Below, in pieces: positions 51,050 through 61,070 of a DNA stretch of 64,000 nucleotides (positions are counted from its first letter, which is position 1; each line of letters starts with the position of its first letter). Where the stretch lies: positions 1,696,001 through 1,760,000 of the forward strand of contig CAWCYD010000003.1 of assembly GCA_963799775.1 (NCBI GenBank), given 5' to 3'. The position numbers were made by a program, and so were the translations under genes. The DNA is from an uncultured archaeon. GTDB taxonomy: Archaea > Thermoproteota > Nitrososphaeria > Nitrososphaerales > Gagatemarchaeaceae. The notes under the pieces were generated by a model, which was not told the DNA's origin, did no database searches, and saw only the letters and a program-made list of their open reading frames with translations.

Positions 51050-51069
51050 ACTATTAATGACGGCTCCGG
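50900..51069 (+). ncRNA. Putative TnpB omega/reRNA scaffold plus flanking guide (bounds approximate)
   Basis: Stem CGAGGTA/TGCCTCG and hairpin GTTC-GCAA-GAAC overlapping the tnpB 3' end; position inferred from known TnpB biology. Confidence 0.55.
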
Positions 51070-51146
51070 ACCGGATCTAGCTCTAGATGAGGTCAACGGA
51101 AGAGCCGTCTGAGGACGTCCTTTGACGAGATCCAATACCGATAGAG

Positions 51147-51857
51147 CTAGTCTCTCGTCTTGAGTCTTGGTGAACTCTTGGGGACGAGGTGGGCTTCCTG
51201 GATCTCCAGATAACCTGAGTCTCCCTTCCAGTGCTTCTTCGAGGAGATGATCTCGATTCGCTTTTCGAAGAGCGGGCAGTCGAGGACGAACGTCTCTCCC
51301 TCCCCTCCCTCCAGCCCGGGGTTGACGCCGTATCTCTCGTGAAGCTTTGCAAGGTCGCTAATCATCTTCTCGTCCAGAGCACGGCCCAGCCAGCTCTCGT
51401 CTAGCCCTAGCGCAGCGACTCCCGTGAGGACCACCTCGAAATTGTCTTTGACAAGGTTGTTGAGATGCGTGATCTGATCGATTCGCCAGAGCGGAGAGAC
51501 CGCCTTCACACCGACTTCCTCGCATATTCTCTCCACTCGTGATTTCTGGTAGACGGAGGCTAGGGCTCCGGTGTAGACGCCCTCGATGGAGTACCGCCGC
51601 TTGGCTTCCTTGATCCCCTCTCTGAGGTCTCCCAGCTCCTCCTCCTTCACTCCCGCCGTCTCCCTGGTCACCTGCGGCACATGCATCGTCTGGGCTTGCA
51701 ACGCTGTCCATCGGACGTTGGGGTAGTGGAACATGTACGAGTCGGACACCGCCGGTGAGAGCGTTATCAGGCAGGAGAGCTCCTCTCCCCGCTGCTTCGC
51801 CAGGAACGCGGCGTACGTGCTGTCCTTGCCGCCGGAAAAGAGGACGGCGATCCTCAA
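51147..51857 (-). CDS. Diphthine--ammonia ligase (Dph6 family)
   Basis: FSGGKDS, SYMFH, SVYQKSR, EGGEGET.VLD.PLF. Confidence 0.92.
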   Translation of the reverse strand: MRIAVLFSGGKDSTYAAFLAKQRGEELSCLITLSPAVSDSYMFHYPNVRWTALQAQTMHVPQVTRETAGVKEEELGDLREGIKEAKRRYSIEGVYTGALASVYQKSRVERICEEVGVKAVSPLWRIDQITHLNNLVKDNFEVVLTGVAALGLDESWLGRALDEKMISDLAKLHERYGVNPGLEGGEGETFVLDCPLFEKRIEIISSKKHWKGDSGYLEIQEAHLVPKSSPRLKTRD

Positions 51858-51946
51858 TTGAGTGATGTCACGCTCCCGGCTCGGATTGGGCCTTGGCCGG
51901 CAAAGACTTTATGGCGTTCGTCGAGGGAAGCCTTCGGTGAATTCGG

Positions 51947-53284
51947 TTGCTCGATTCGTTGAGGAGCGGCCTGCAGAGTGCCATCAAGAAGCTCCTAGGA
52001 AGTGACATAGTCGATGAGGCGGCGATAAAGGAGTTCGTCAGAGACCTCCAGCGCGCCCTCATCACCGCAGACGTCAACGTGAAGCTCGTCCTCAGCGTGA
52101 CAGAGAACGTCCAGAAGAGGGCCATCGATGAGAAGCCGGCCCCAGGCCTGGACCGGAAGAACCAGATCGTGAAGATACTCTACGAGGAGCTCGACAAGCT
52201 CCTCGGCGGAGACCAGGAGCTCAAGCTCGACAGGAACAAGCAGAGCGTCATCGTGCTGCTGGGAATCCAAGGCTCGGGCAAGACCACGACCGTCGGGAAG
52301 CTGGCCAGGTTCTACGCCAAGAGGGGCTTCAAGGTCGGCGTCGTGGCGGCGGACACCTTCAGGCCCGGCGCGGTCACGCAGCTGAGGACGATAGCCCAGG
52401 TGGTGGGCGTCGACATCTACTCCGACGAGAAGGAGAAGGACTCTGTCAAGGTCGCGGATGCCGGGAAGCGCTTCTTCGTGGAGGGCGGCAAGAACCTCAT
52501 CATAATTGACACTGCAGGCAGGCACAAGGAGGAGCAGAGCCTTCTCGACGAGATGAGCAAGATCTACTCCAAGGTCAAGCCAGACCTCAACCTGCTAGTG
52601 ATAGACGGGACCATCGGCCAGCAGGCCTTCAACCAGGCCGCAGCCTTCCACAAGGCCTCCCCGGTCGGCGGAATCGTGGTCACGAAGCTCGACGGCGCGG
52701 CCAAGGGGGGAGGGGCAATCGCGGCCGTGGGGGCGACGGGCGCCAAGGTGCTCTTCATCGGGACCGGAGAGAGGGTCGACGACCTGGAGGAGTTCTCGGC
52801 CACCCGCTTCGTGGGGCGGCTGCTTGGGATGGGCGACCTGAAGGCCCTCCTAGACATGGCGAAGCAGGTCGAGGGAGAGGTCGACGAGAAGAGGGTCCAG
52901 CGGATGATGTCCGGCAAGCTCACCATGGATGACTTCCTATTGCAGTTCGAGCAGGTGAACAAGATGGGCTCCCTGAAGAAGATCCTCGACCTGATACCAG
53001 GCGTCTCGGGGAACATGAAGAGTGAGGACCTCGAGAAGGCGGAGAAGAACATGAAGACCTGGAAGAGCATCATCCAGGCGATGACCGCAGAGGAGAGGGC
53101 GGCGCCCGAGAAGCTGAACGCGCCCCGGGTCAAGCGCATCGCCACAGGTTCGGGAAGGACCGAGAAGGACGTGAGGGAGCTCATCGCGAGATACAGGCAG
53201 ACGAAGACGATGATGAAGTCGGGCAAGGGCCGCGAGATGAGGCAGTTCCTCAGGAGAGCCGGAGGTCAAGTCCCGGGTGGATGA
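51947..53284 (+). CDS. srp54: Signal recognition particle protein SRP54
   Basis: GIQGSGKTT, DTAGRH, TKLDG, M-domain RIATGSG. Confidence 0.97.
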   Translation: MLDSLRSGLQSAIKKLLGSDIVDEAAIKEFVRDLQRALITADVNVKLVLSVTENVQKRAIDEKPAPGLDRKNQIVKILYEELDKLLGGDQELKLDRNKQSVIVLLGIQGSGKTTTVGKLARFYAKRGFKVGVVAADTFRPGAVTQLRTIAQVVGVDIYSDEKEKDSVKVADAGKRFFVEGGKNLIIIDTAGRHKEEQSLLDEMSKIYSKVKPDLNLLVIDGTIGQQAFNQAAAFHKASPVGGIVVTKLDGAAKGGGAIAAVGATGAKVLFIGTGERVDDLEEFSATRFVGRLLGMGDLKALLDMAKQVEGEVDEKRVQRMMSGKLTMDDFLLQFEQVNKMGSLKKILDLIPGVSGNMKSEDLEKAEKNMKTWKSIIQAMTAEERAAPEKLNAPRVKRIATGSGRTEKDVRELIARYRQTKTMMKSGKGREMRQFLRRAGGQVPGG

Positions 53285-54389
53285 GCCCGTAGATTTTCGA
53301 CTCTGTAGATTCTGCAAAGAAAGACAAGGGTCAGAGGGGCGGGCGATAGCTCTCGCCGAGGACGATAGCGGCTGCTACATCTGCAGAGGGGCCTCCGGCG
53401 AACTCGAAGGCATCTCAGAGAAGATGCTCTCCCAGCTGAAGCGATACGATTTCAGGACCTTCTCCGTGGGGCTGGTCCTTCCGTCTGGCATGCAGGAAAG
53501 GGAGGACACGCTCCGGTCGGTCATGAAGATCCGTGGGCGCGAGACGGTGAAGTCAGAGCTGTCGAACCGACTTGGGCGCGAGGTCGTCAAGAGGGCGCCC
53601 GGGAAGAAGGTCGACAGGCTCCATCCTGACCTCACAGCGCTGGTCGACATGAACGAGGAGAGCATCTCGGTCTCGGTCACCTCGAAGCCCCTCTTCCTCT
53701 ACGGCAAGTACACAAAGCCGCGAGGGGTCGCGCAGCGGCGCCTGTTCTGCAAGGACTGCAACGGCAGGGGCTGCGAGAGCTGCGCCGGGACCGGGTACTC
53801 CACTTCGCCAAGCGTGGAGGGCCTCGTCTCGAAGAAGCTCGGCGAGCTTCTGGGTTCGAAGAGGTTCAAGTTCACATGGTTCGGGAGCGAGGACACCGAC
53901 AGCATGGTCTTCCCGCCAGGGCGGCCTTTCGTGATCGAGTCGAAGAGCCCTCGGAGCAGGCACCCCCCGAAGGCGCTCCGTCTCAGGTCCGGGAAGGGTG
54001 GCCTGGTCGTCTCAGGCCTTCACGTGGTCACGAAGAAGTTCGAGCACCCGTCCTTCACCTTCGTCACTAGGGTTGTGGTAGTCGCGGAGCGCAAGATCTC
54101 TGCCCAGGACGTGAGGAAGCTCCAGAAGGACATGAGGAACGCGCTTGTGCAATACAGGAACAACAAGGGGCGGTTGGTGGACAAGAGGATCTACTTTGTA
54201 AAGGCCAGCGCCCGTGGGAAGAAGATGACGGCCGAGATCAAGCTAGACGGGGGCCTGCCGGTGAAGAGACTCGTCTCAGGGGAGGCGGTCTCCCCTTCGT
54301 TCTCGGAGTCGATGGGCATGCCTCTTCGATGTGACAGGTTCGACATCCTCAGGGTGTGGCCTCGACCGGGAGTCGAGCAACCGGCCTGA
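53277..54389 (+). CDS. pus10: tRNA pseudouridine(54/55) synthase Pus10
   Basis: YGKYTK.RGV.Q, GSEDTD, GRPFVIE, DGGLPVKRLVSG; syntenic with rpl21e. Confidence 0.85.
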   Translation: MDEPVDFRLCRFCKERQGSEGRAIALAEDDSGCYICRGASGELEGISEKMLSQLKRYDFRTFSVGLVLPSGMQEREDTLRSVMKIRGRETVKSELSNRLGREVVKRAPGKKVDRLHPDLTALVDMNEESISVSVTSKPLFLYGKYTKPRGVAQRRLFCKDCNGRGCESCAGTGYSTSPSVEGLVSKKLGELLGSKRFKFTWFGSEDTDSMVFPPGRPFVIESKSPRSRHPPKALRLRSGKGGLVVSGLHVVTKKFEHPSFTFVTRVVVVAERKISAQDVRKLQKDMRNALVQYRNNKGRLVDKRIYFVKASARGKKMTAEIKLDGGLPVKRLVSGEAVSPSFSESMGMPLRCDRFDILRVWPRPGVEQPA

Positions 54390-54463
54390 AACCATGTGAA
54401 AACGACCGCTCGTTCATGAGTTAGTTTTTAAATGAGGATAGAGGGGCGGGCAACGTTTCCTCT

Positions 54464-54754
54464 ATGGGTAGATCGAAGGGATATCGTCGCAGGACGAGGG
54501 CCCTCCTCAAGAAACGGACCTCCACAGGTCTGAGCAAGATATTGACCGATTACCAGCCCAACCAGAAGGTCGTAATCAAGATAGACTCTACCCAGGTCAA
54601 GGGGATGCCGCACAGGAGGTTCAACGGCTTGGTGGGCGTCGTGAAGGAGACGGGGAGAAGGGCGGTCATTATCGACGTCATGGTAGGGGAGAAGGTGAAG
54701 ACGGTCATCTCTAGGAAGGAGCACATCATGCCGTTGCTGGAGGCGAAGCAGTAG
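54464..54754 (+). CDS. rpl21e: 50S ribosomal protein L21e
   Basis: SKGYRRRTR, KGMPHRRFNG..G. Confidence 0.96.
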   Translation: MGRSKGYRRRTRALLKKRTSTGLSKILTDYQPNQKVVIKIDSTQVKGMPHRRFNGLVGVVKETGRRAVIIDVMVGEKVKTVISRKEHIMPLLEAKQ

Positions 54755-54756
54755 CT

Positions 54757-55101
54757 TTGGCCGCCACAGAGCCAGCCGCACCTTCGAGCACAAAGAAGAT
54801 GCTGACTCTCGCCGAGGCGCACCAGATCCTTGAGAAGATCGACCTTGAGAAGGCCGACCAGATCCAGAAGAGGACCCTCGATTACACATCAAAGTTCGCG
54901 AAGGCTGCCCCGGAGGCCGCGAAGAAGCTGAAGAAGCAGCTCGAGACCGAGTGCGGCCTGAGCGAGGGGGAGGCAACAGAGGTGGTCAACATCATGCCGA
55001 AGTCAATCGAGGAGCTGAGGACATTCACGGCAGGATGGAGGAAACTCCTCCCGACCGAGACCCTCGAGAGGATACTGAAGATACTCAAGTCAAAAGAGTG
55101 A
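54757..55101 (+). CDS. rpoF: RNA polymerase subunit F (Rpo4)
   Basis: QKRTLDY..KF, VVNIMPKSIEELR; synteny. Confidence 0.9.
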   Translation: MAATEPAAPSSTKKMLTLAEAHQILEKIDLEKADQIQKRTLDYTSKFAKAAPEAAKKLKKQLETECGLSEGEATEVVNIMPKSIEELRTFTAGWRKLLPTETLERILKILKSKE

Positions 55102-55272
55102 CAGACCGGTCGCCCTAGCTGCCTAAGGTTCTCCCGTGCAGAACATTAAAAAGCAGGCGAGGCCCTTCTGGGCCCTAGAAGGGCGCACTAGATGCCAAGC
55201 TATGATCCAAGCTGCCGTCCTGATTTTCCTGCAAAACTCGAGAAATGAGCCAGGGGGTTGTCATAGCGGAAA

Positions 55273-55831
55273 ATGCTTCCAGCAGAGAAGAGGTATGAGG
55301 AATTCGCCTACGTCCTGGACTTCGTCCCGGGCGGCAAGTCTTCGATAATCAAGGGTAGGGAGGGGCCTATAGTCCAGGCCATCGGCGAGGAGAGGCTGAC
55401 CCTCCTGGAGCTGCTCGCCGAGGAGAACCAGGACTTTGAGCCGGGAGAGAAGCTGAGGATTGGAAAGGAGGGGAGGGCGAAGATAGTCAGCGTGTTCGGG
55501 AAGCTCGCCTACGATGAGCCTGACAGCGGAGTCAAAGTCCCAGCTATTGGCTGTCTGCGAGATAATCGTGAAGAACAACGAGGCGAGATACGTGGCGTAC
55601 TTCAACGAACTGCAGCCGCTGACCCCGCGCCTCCACGGGCTGGAGCTGATCCCCGGGATAGGGAAGACCTTCATGAAGACGATAATCGCCCTGAGAGAGA
55701 AGCAGCCGTTCACCTCCTTCGACGACATCCAGAACCGCGTGGGCTTGCGTGACCCTGCTAAGCTCGTGGCGAAGCGGATCGAAGAGGAATTGTCAGGTGC
55801 CTCGAGGGTCAACATCTTCGTCAAAAAGTGA
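55273..55831 (+). CDS. DUF655 putative RNA-binding protein (frameshift near 55510)
   Basis: YEEFAYVLDF, LHGLELIPGIGK, PF.SF.DI. Confidence 0.9.
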
Positions 55832-56609
55832 GCGCCGCCACCAGGCGCTCCGTCGTCACTCGCTGGGTCAGCACTACCTCAACGACCCGTCGGTCGTCAG
55901 CGCGATGGTCGAACTTGCGGCCATACAGGCTGGCGAACGCGTCCTGGAGATAGGCACTGGAAGGGGCGCGCTGACCAAAGAGCTCGTGCGGCTAACTCCC
56001 AGCCTTGAAGCGTACGAGGTCGACAAGGAGAGCTACGGGAACCTCCGGACAGAGCTCGCCGGAACTGGGCTGACACTCCATAATGAGGACGCGTTCAGGT
56101 CGTCGCCTGACTTCGACGTCCTCGTCTCGAGCCTCCCGTACTCAGAGTCGAGCGAGTTCGTCGAGTGGCTCTCGCAGAGGAGATATGACAGGGCGGTGGT
56201 CTTGTTCCAGCGCGACTTTGCGGAGAAGATAACGGCGGCCCCCAGCGGTCAGGCCTACAGGGCGGTCTCCGTGATCTCGCAGGCGTCGGCGGATGTGCAG
56301 ATCGTCTCGAACGTGAGCAGGCTCTCCTTTGACCCTCCGCCTAGGGTGAACTCCTGTCTGGTCACGATGAGGTGGAAGAAGACGTTGAGCAGGGAGGAGA
56401 TTGCGATGATAAAGAGGATCTTCTCGCAGAAGAGGCGCACCGTGCGAGCTGCGCTCAAGAGTCTCGGGCTCGTTGAGCCACCTTCTGCGCCTGCGGCGAC
56501 AGAGAACCTCCAGCTCCAGTGCAGGGTGAACTCGCTGCGACCAGAGTCAGTCCTCGCGATGGTCGGTGTGCTTGCAAGGGTGAACCGAACAGATGATGGA
56601 GACGAGTGA
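55828..56609 (+). CDS. rsmA: 16S rRNA adenine dimethyltransferase
   Basis: LGQHYL, VLEIGTGRG.LT, SSLPYS, FDPPPRVNS. Confidence 0.9.
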
Positions 56610-57346
56610 AGGTGGCGGGCCCCCGAGACCTGACGGACCTGAGCATCACTGTGCTCGGGGCGGAGTATCCGGTCAACCTTGGGTACACGGCCCGCCTCAT
56701 GAAGAACTTCGGCCTCAAGAGGCTCTATCTCGTCGACCCCAAGTGCGACATGAGGGCCGCCTCGGTCTATGCTTCCCACGGCTCGGACATTCTGGATGCT
56801 GCCGAAGTGGTGACGCTCGCAAAGGTGAGAAAGACCCATGATTTCCTGCTCGGGACGACCGCGATAAGGGCGAGGAGAGATTCGAACGTCAGCAGGAGGA
56901 CGACAAGGCCCGAAGAGGCTCTGGCGCGCGTGGTCGGGGCCAAATCGGCCTCGATCATCCTCGGGCGCGACACCACGGGGTTGACCAACGAAGAACTGGC
57001 GTTGTGCGACCTCGTCACGACGATAGACACGAGGACCGATTACAAGACGCTCAACGTGAGTCATTCGGTCGCGATACTGCTCTACCTGGCGACCAGCGTG
57101 CCTGCGAGAGGGGAGACGGCCATGGCAGAGGCAGGTTCACGGGCCTCAAGGGAGAGGCGTGAGGCCTTCGGGAGATATACCTACCAATTGGCGCTCGCGA
57201 CCGGGATGCAGAAGGACAGGGCCGAGCGGATTGTCCAGATCGCACGGAGGGTGGCGCTCAAGTCAGAGGTCAACTCCAAGGAGTTGGGCTTGCTCGTCGC
57301 TCTGATGAGGAAGGCTCAGCTCTCGATCAAAGGGAAAATCGGCTAG
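56606..57346 (+). CDS. TrmJ/SpoU-family RNA methyltransferase
   Basis: NLGYTARLMKNFG, GRD..GLTNEEL, LNVSHSV. Confidence 0.88.
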   Translation: MKVAGPRDLTDLSITVLGAEYPVNLGYTARLMKNFGLKRLYLVDPKCDMRAASVYASHGSDILDAAEVVTLAKVRKTHDFLLGTTAIRARRDSNVSRRTTRPEEALARVVGAKSASIILGRDTTGLTNEELALCDLVTTIDTRTDYKTLNVSHSVAILLYLATSVPARGETAMAEAGSRASRERREAFGRYTYQLALATGMQKDRAERIVQIARRVALKSEVNSKELGLLVALMRKAQLSIKGKIG

Positions 57347-58534
57347 ACCCTTTCCAGAGCGTAGACCGTCCGCCTCACCCATCTGGTGCTCTGGTGAGAC
57401 ACAATCAAGGGGTACTCGTAGGGCGCCGCTCCTTGTGGCTGGAGCGGTCTGAGCCCGATGTCCTCTATCCCCTCGAACGTGAGGGCCACGTCCTTTCCTT
57501 CCTTCGTCCTCACCGATGGCGTCACGAGCACCATCCTGCCACCCTTCTTCAGCACGCCGCTCATCTCGTGGAGGGCTTCTGAGTAGATGAATGATGCGTG
57601 CTTGACAAGCTTACGCGCCTTCTCGAGAGACGGTGGCGACGTCAGGGTCGGCAAGAGAATCGGCTCCGACACTATGGCGTCGACGGCAGTCTCGCCCAGA
57701 GTCCTCCGGAGGTTCGTGGCATCACCGACTAGGATGGAATACGACGGGGACCGCTGCCCGTTCTGCTCTCTCTGCGAAGCCAGCCACTCCAGGTTGTCCT
57801 TGGTCCGCTCTACCGTCCCGTGGTTCCTGTCGACCCCGATGCAGTTCGCCCCCTTGAGCAAGGCCTCGGCGAGGATCGTGCCCGAGCCGCAGAAGGGGTC
57901 GAGCAGAGTCTGCCCCTTGGTGACCCCGGAGATGTTGACGAGGAGGCGCGCCAAGCGGGAGGAGAGAGATATCCCCGAGGTGACGTAGGGGCGCTCCTTC
58001 GACCGTTCCTTGAACCCTTCAACGTCGGGGACGTATACCGTGACCCCCCACTGGTACTTGGCACCAATCGGGAAGACCACGAAGTCCATCGCCGACCTCG
58101 ACACGACGCGCTCGGAATGCAGCTCGGGCCCGGACCGGGAGCGAATCAGGTTGGCCTTCTTGAGGCCCATCTCGCGCATCGTCATCAGAAGCTCCTGCGT
58201 GAGGTTCATCGTACACGGCCTCTTGGTCGCCTTGGATGCAATACAAGCTCAGGGAGAAGTTGAAGTTCGTGTCTGGGAATGTTATCGCGTCGCCAAACTC
58301 GGGGGAGTCCAAGGAAGGAAGAGGCAGCGCTGCCTTGTGCACGCCTGCAAGGTCAGTCAGTCCTCTCAGTCTGCCCTCTTTGTGGTCGACGACGGCGATG
58401 TCCTCGCAGTTCATCGAGACCTTGGCGCGGTCCTTGAAGACGCATTGCGCTTCGAGCAGAGACGGGGCGCCGAAAGCGAGAACGAGGATCGAGGATTGGG
58501 AATCGATGCTCTCCGGCGGGACTAGGAACGGCAA
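57343..58534 (-). CDS. Trm11/TrmG10-like tRNA methyltransferase (frameshift near 58210)
   Basis: SLSSRLARLLVN, LDPFCGSGTI, GDAT, IVSEP. Confidence 0.8.
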
Positions 58535-58638
58535 AGGAGACCCATGCGAAGGCTGGACAGACCTGCTAAGTCTTTCTGTCTTGATTCTGGGGAGAAATGT
58601 GGACGCTTATTAGGGGCCGGCGCGTTATTTTGTAGACG

Positions 58639-58779
58639 ATGGCGAAGGTCAAGCGCACAGTGGTGAACGGCGATCTAGAACGCGCCAGACGCTACGTAGA
58701 TGAGCTGTTGAAAGACCCTGTCGCGTTCGAGAGATGGGCCAATGAGACCCTCGATATGTCCAGAATGCGGAGAAGATGA
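58639..58779 (+). CDS. Micro-protein A2 (46 aa)
   Basis: Hand translation; DL..AR...P..E.W.NE..D shared with 37943-38107. Confidence 0.65.
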   Translation: MAKVKRTVVNGDLERARRYVDELLKDPVAFERWANETLDMSRMRRR

Positions 58780-58952
58780 GAAACGAAGACGACCCCCGAA
58801 TCTGCGCTCTGGTCAGCCAACTGATTCCGATCGTGAAGCGTCGTGTGCTCCAGGCTATGGAGCACTCAAGGGAAGATGTAGAGTTTGAAGTAGCTACCCT
58901 GGCGAACCTGTTTACAATCAGTCAAGCAATGAATTGCGCGAAAGAATCGTAA
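58776..58952 (+). CDS. Micro-protein B2 (58 aa), ATGA-coupled to A2
   Basis: LV..L.P...RRV..AM..S.E....E...L shared with 38091-38276. Confidence 0.65.
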   Translation: MRNEDDPRICALVSQLIPIVKRRVLQAMEHSREDVEFEVATLANLFTISQAMNCAKES

Positions 58953-59049
58953 GGCGAGAAACTCCTTCCAAACAGCCAGACTCCATGCTCTGGAACATTC
59001 CAACGTTATTTACATCAGTAAACAAGATGCTCTAGTCTCCTGATTTCCA

Positions 59050-60777
59050 TTGGCCAGCTCGACTTCGAGAAGAGGTGGCGGCCGGGTCGGAATAGTCCTC
59101 ACCGTTGCCCTCATTGGGGGCCTCTTGGTGGCGGCATTCCTTGTGGTGTCCACGGGGAGTCCCTCGAGACCCACCGTTCCAACGACCTCAAAAGCCGGTG
59201 TGACGTCGTCTTCGACTTTCCAGTCGAGTTCTGCGAGTGCGACTACCGAGTCTGGTTCCTCCTCGACGGCGGCCATAACATCTAGCACCTTAGTGGGGGT
59301 GACGAATACCAACGCAAGTGCAACCTCGAGCAGCACTTCGAACACCACCATGACCTCGAGCTACGCAGGCTATGATTGGACAACCTATCACGAAAGCAAC
59401 TCGAGAGACGGCTACGACGGCTCGCTCGCCAACGTCACTTCGCCGTCTGTGGCCTGGACTGTAGCGGTCGACGCCCCTGTCTATGCCGAGCCCCTGACCT
59501 TCAACGGCTCGGTCTATGTCGCTACTGAGAACGACACAGTCTACGCCATGTCCGGGGCCAGTGGAGCTGTCCAGTGGTCGAACCACCTCGGCGCCCCTGT
59601 AGACAGCACCTCGCCGCCGTTCGAGTGTGGAGGAAGCCATCCGACAATTTCCCCAACGATCGGCATCACTGGGACGCCGGTCATCGACCCTGCGACCGGC
59701 ACGATTTACCTCGTCGCGTTAATCAATGGAAGCGGGTATCGGCTCATTGCTCTGGAGACCGGAAACGGCCATGTCAGGTGGAGCGCCCAGGTCAGCGAGC
59801 CCGGCCTCAATTATACCGACCAGGAGCAGCGCGGGGCGCTGACCCTGGCCCACGGAATGGTCTACGTGCCCTTCGGCGGATATTCGGTCGTCTGCTCGGG
59901 AATCCCGCACGGCTGGGTCGTGGGGTACGCTGCCAACGATAACGGCACTGGATATGCCTACGAGGCACCGACGAGCGGCGAGGGCGATATCTGGGAGCCT
60001 GAGGGGATGTCGACGGACGGTGCGGGGTATCTCTACGCAGTGACCGGGGACAGCGGCACGACCGGGCCCTTCGACTATGGAGTCAGCGTGATCAAGCTGA
60101 CCCCCAAGCTATCGGTCGCCGACTACTTTTCGCCCACGAATTACCTCGCCCTCGATGAGGGCGACCTTGACCTCAGCTCGACCGGTGCCACGCAGCTTCC
60201 TGGAGACCTGATCTTCTCGATCGGCAAGGAGGGGACAGGCTACCTGCTGAACTCTTCAGAGTTGGGGCAAATCGGAGGCCAACTTTACAGCCTTTCGGTC
60301 TGCAAGGGAGGGGGCTGGGGAAGCACCGCCTATGCCGCCGGCGTGGTGTACATCCCTTGCGCTGACGGCCTCCATGCCGTCGCTGTCCATATTGGGACCC
60401 ACCCGAGCCTGGCCTCGCTTTGGAACTACACTAATTTCTTCGCCGCTCCTCCCATCGTGGCCGCTGGAGCTGTCTGGACCTCAGACATCTACAACGGGAC
60501 CGTCTTCGCCCTCAACCCTGTGACCGGGGCTCTACTTGCCCAGCTCACCCCCGACCCCGCCCTCGCGCCGGGTTCTCTGCCACACTTCGTCACACCTTCG
60601 GTCGGCGGCGGCATGTTGTTTTTTGCAGAAGATCAAGCCATCTACGCCTTGAACCCCACTCCTTTACGGAGCGGCGCCGCCGCGGACCCGACGAGTTTCG
60701 TGGGGCTACTAGCTATTCCATCGCAGGAAGTGCGAAACGGCGCGTCGGAACCGAAGTGTCCATTGATGGACGACTAG
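59050..60777 (+). CDS. Membrane-anchored PQQ-like beta-propeller protein with Ser/Thr linker
   Basis: DWTTYH...RDG, VYAEPL, GITGTPVID, QEQRGAL, DLDL.S.G. Confidence 0.8.
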   Translation: MASSTSRRGGGRVGIVLTVALIGGLLVAAFLVVSTGSPSRPTVPTTSKAGVTSSSTFQSSSASATTESGSSSTAAITSSTLVGVTNTNASATSSSTSNTTMTSSYAGYDWTTYHESNSRDGYDGSLANVTSPSVAWTVAVDAPVYAEPLTFNGSVYVATENDTVYAMSGASGAVQWSNHLGAPVDSTSPPFECGGSHPTISPTIGITGTPVIDPATGTIYLVALINGSGYRLIALETGNGHVRWSAQVSEPGLNYTDQEQRGALTLAHGMVYVPFGGYSVVCSGIPHGWVVGYAANDNGTGYAYEAPTSGEGDIWEPEGMSTDGAGYLYAVTGDSGTTGPFDYGVSVIKLTPKLSVADYFSPTNYLALDEGDLDLSSTGATQLPGDLIFSIGKEGTGYLLNSSELGQIGGQLYSLSVCKGGGWGSTAYAAGVVYIPCADGLHAVAVHIGTHPSLASLWNYTNFFAAPPIVAAGAVWTSDIYNGTVFALNPVTGALLAQLTPDPALAPGSLPHFVTPSVGGGMLFFAEDQAIYALNPTPLRSGAAADPTSFVGLLAIPSQEVRNGASEPKCPLMDD

Positions 60778-60815
60778 GATAATGACCAAGCCGAGCCATC
60801 TACCCCGCGTTAGTT

Positions 60816-61019
60816 TTGGGTTGCCCGGTCAATGCTTCTGAAGCGAACGATGTGTTCACACCGCCCAGTCAAGGATGCGAGGGCGTGTCATGTTCGAGAT
60901 ACAACTTTCCGGAAGTCGGTCCGTATGCTCAACACAAATTCATACCCGGATGGTATACCTTAGTTGTCGCGGATGAGTGGGGACAAACAGTTATGCTGAA
61001 TTTTAATGTGGAGTCGTGA
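60816..61019 (+). pseudogene. 3' remnant of the secreted repeat-domain family of 62742-64000
   Basis: FIPGWYTLVVADEWGQ matches FTPGVYTVVAADEW and FPPGAYTLVAMDQWGQ. Confidence 0.6.
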
Positions 61020-61070
61020 CTTCCCTCGGCGGCAGCGGCGAGGCGCCCAATACCATCTTCGAATTCATGC

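Noticed and set aside
53870-53900. Pus10 GSED instead of GRED
   Set aside because: The catalytic Asp is retained, and I cannot show any functional consequence from the sequence.
55162-55184. Hairpin GCCCTTCT...AGAAGGGC between rpoF and the DUF655 gene
   Set aside because: A single stem with no other support; it could be a terminator or chance.
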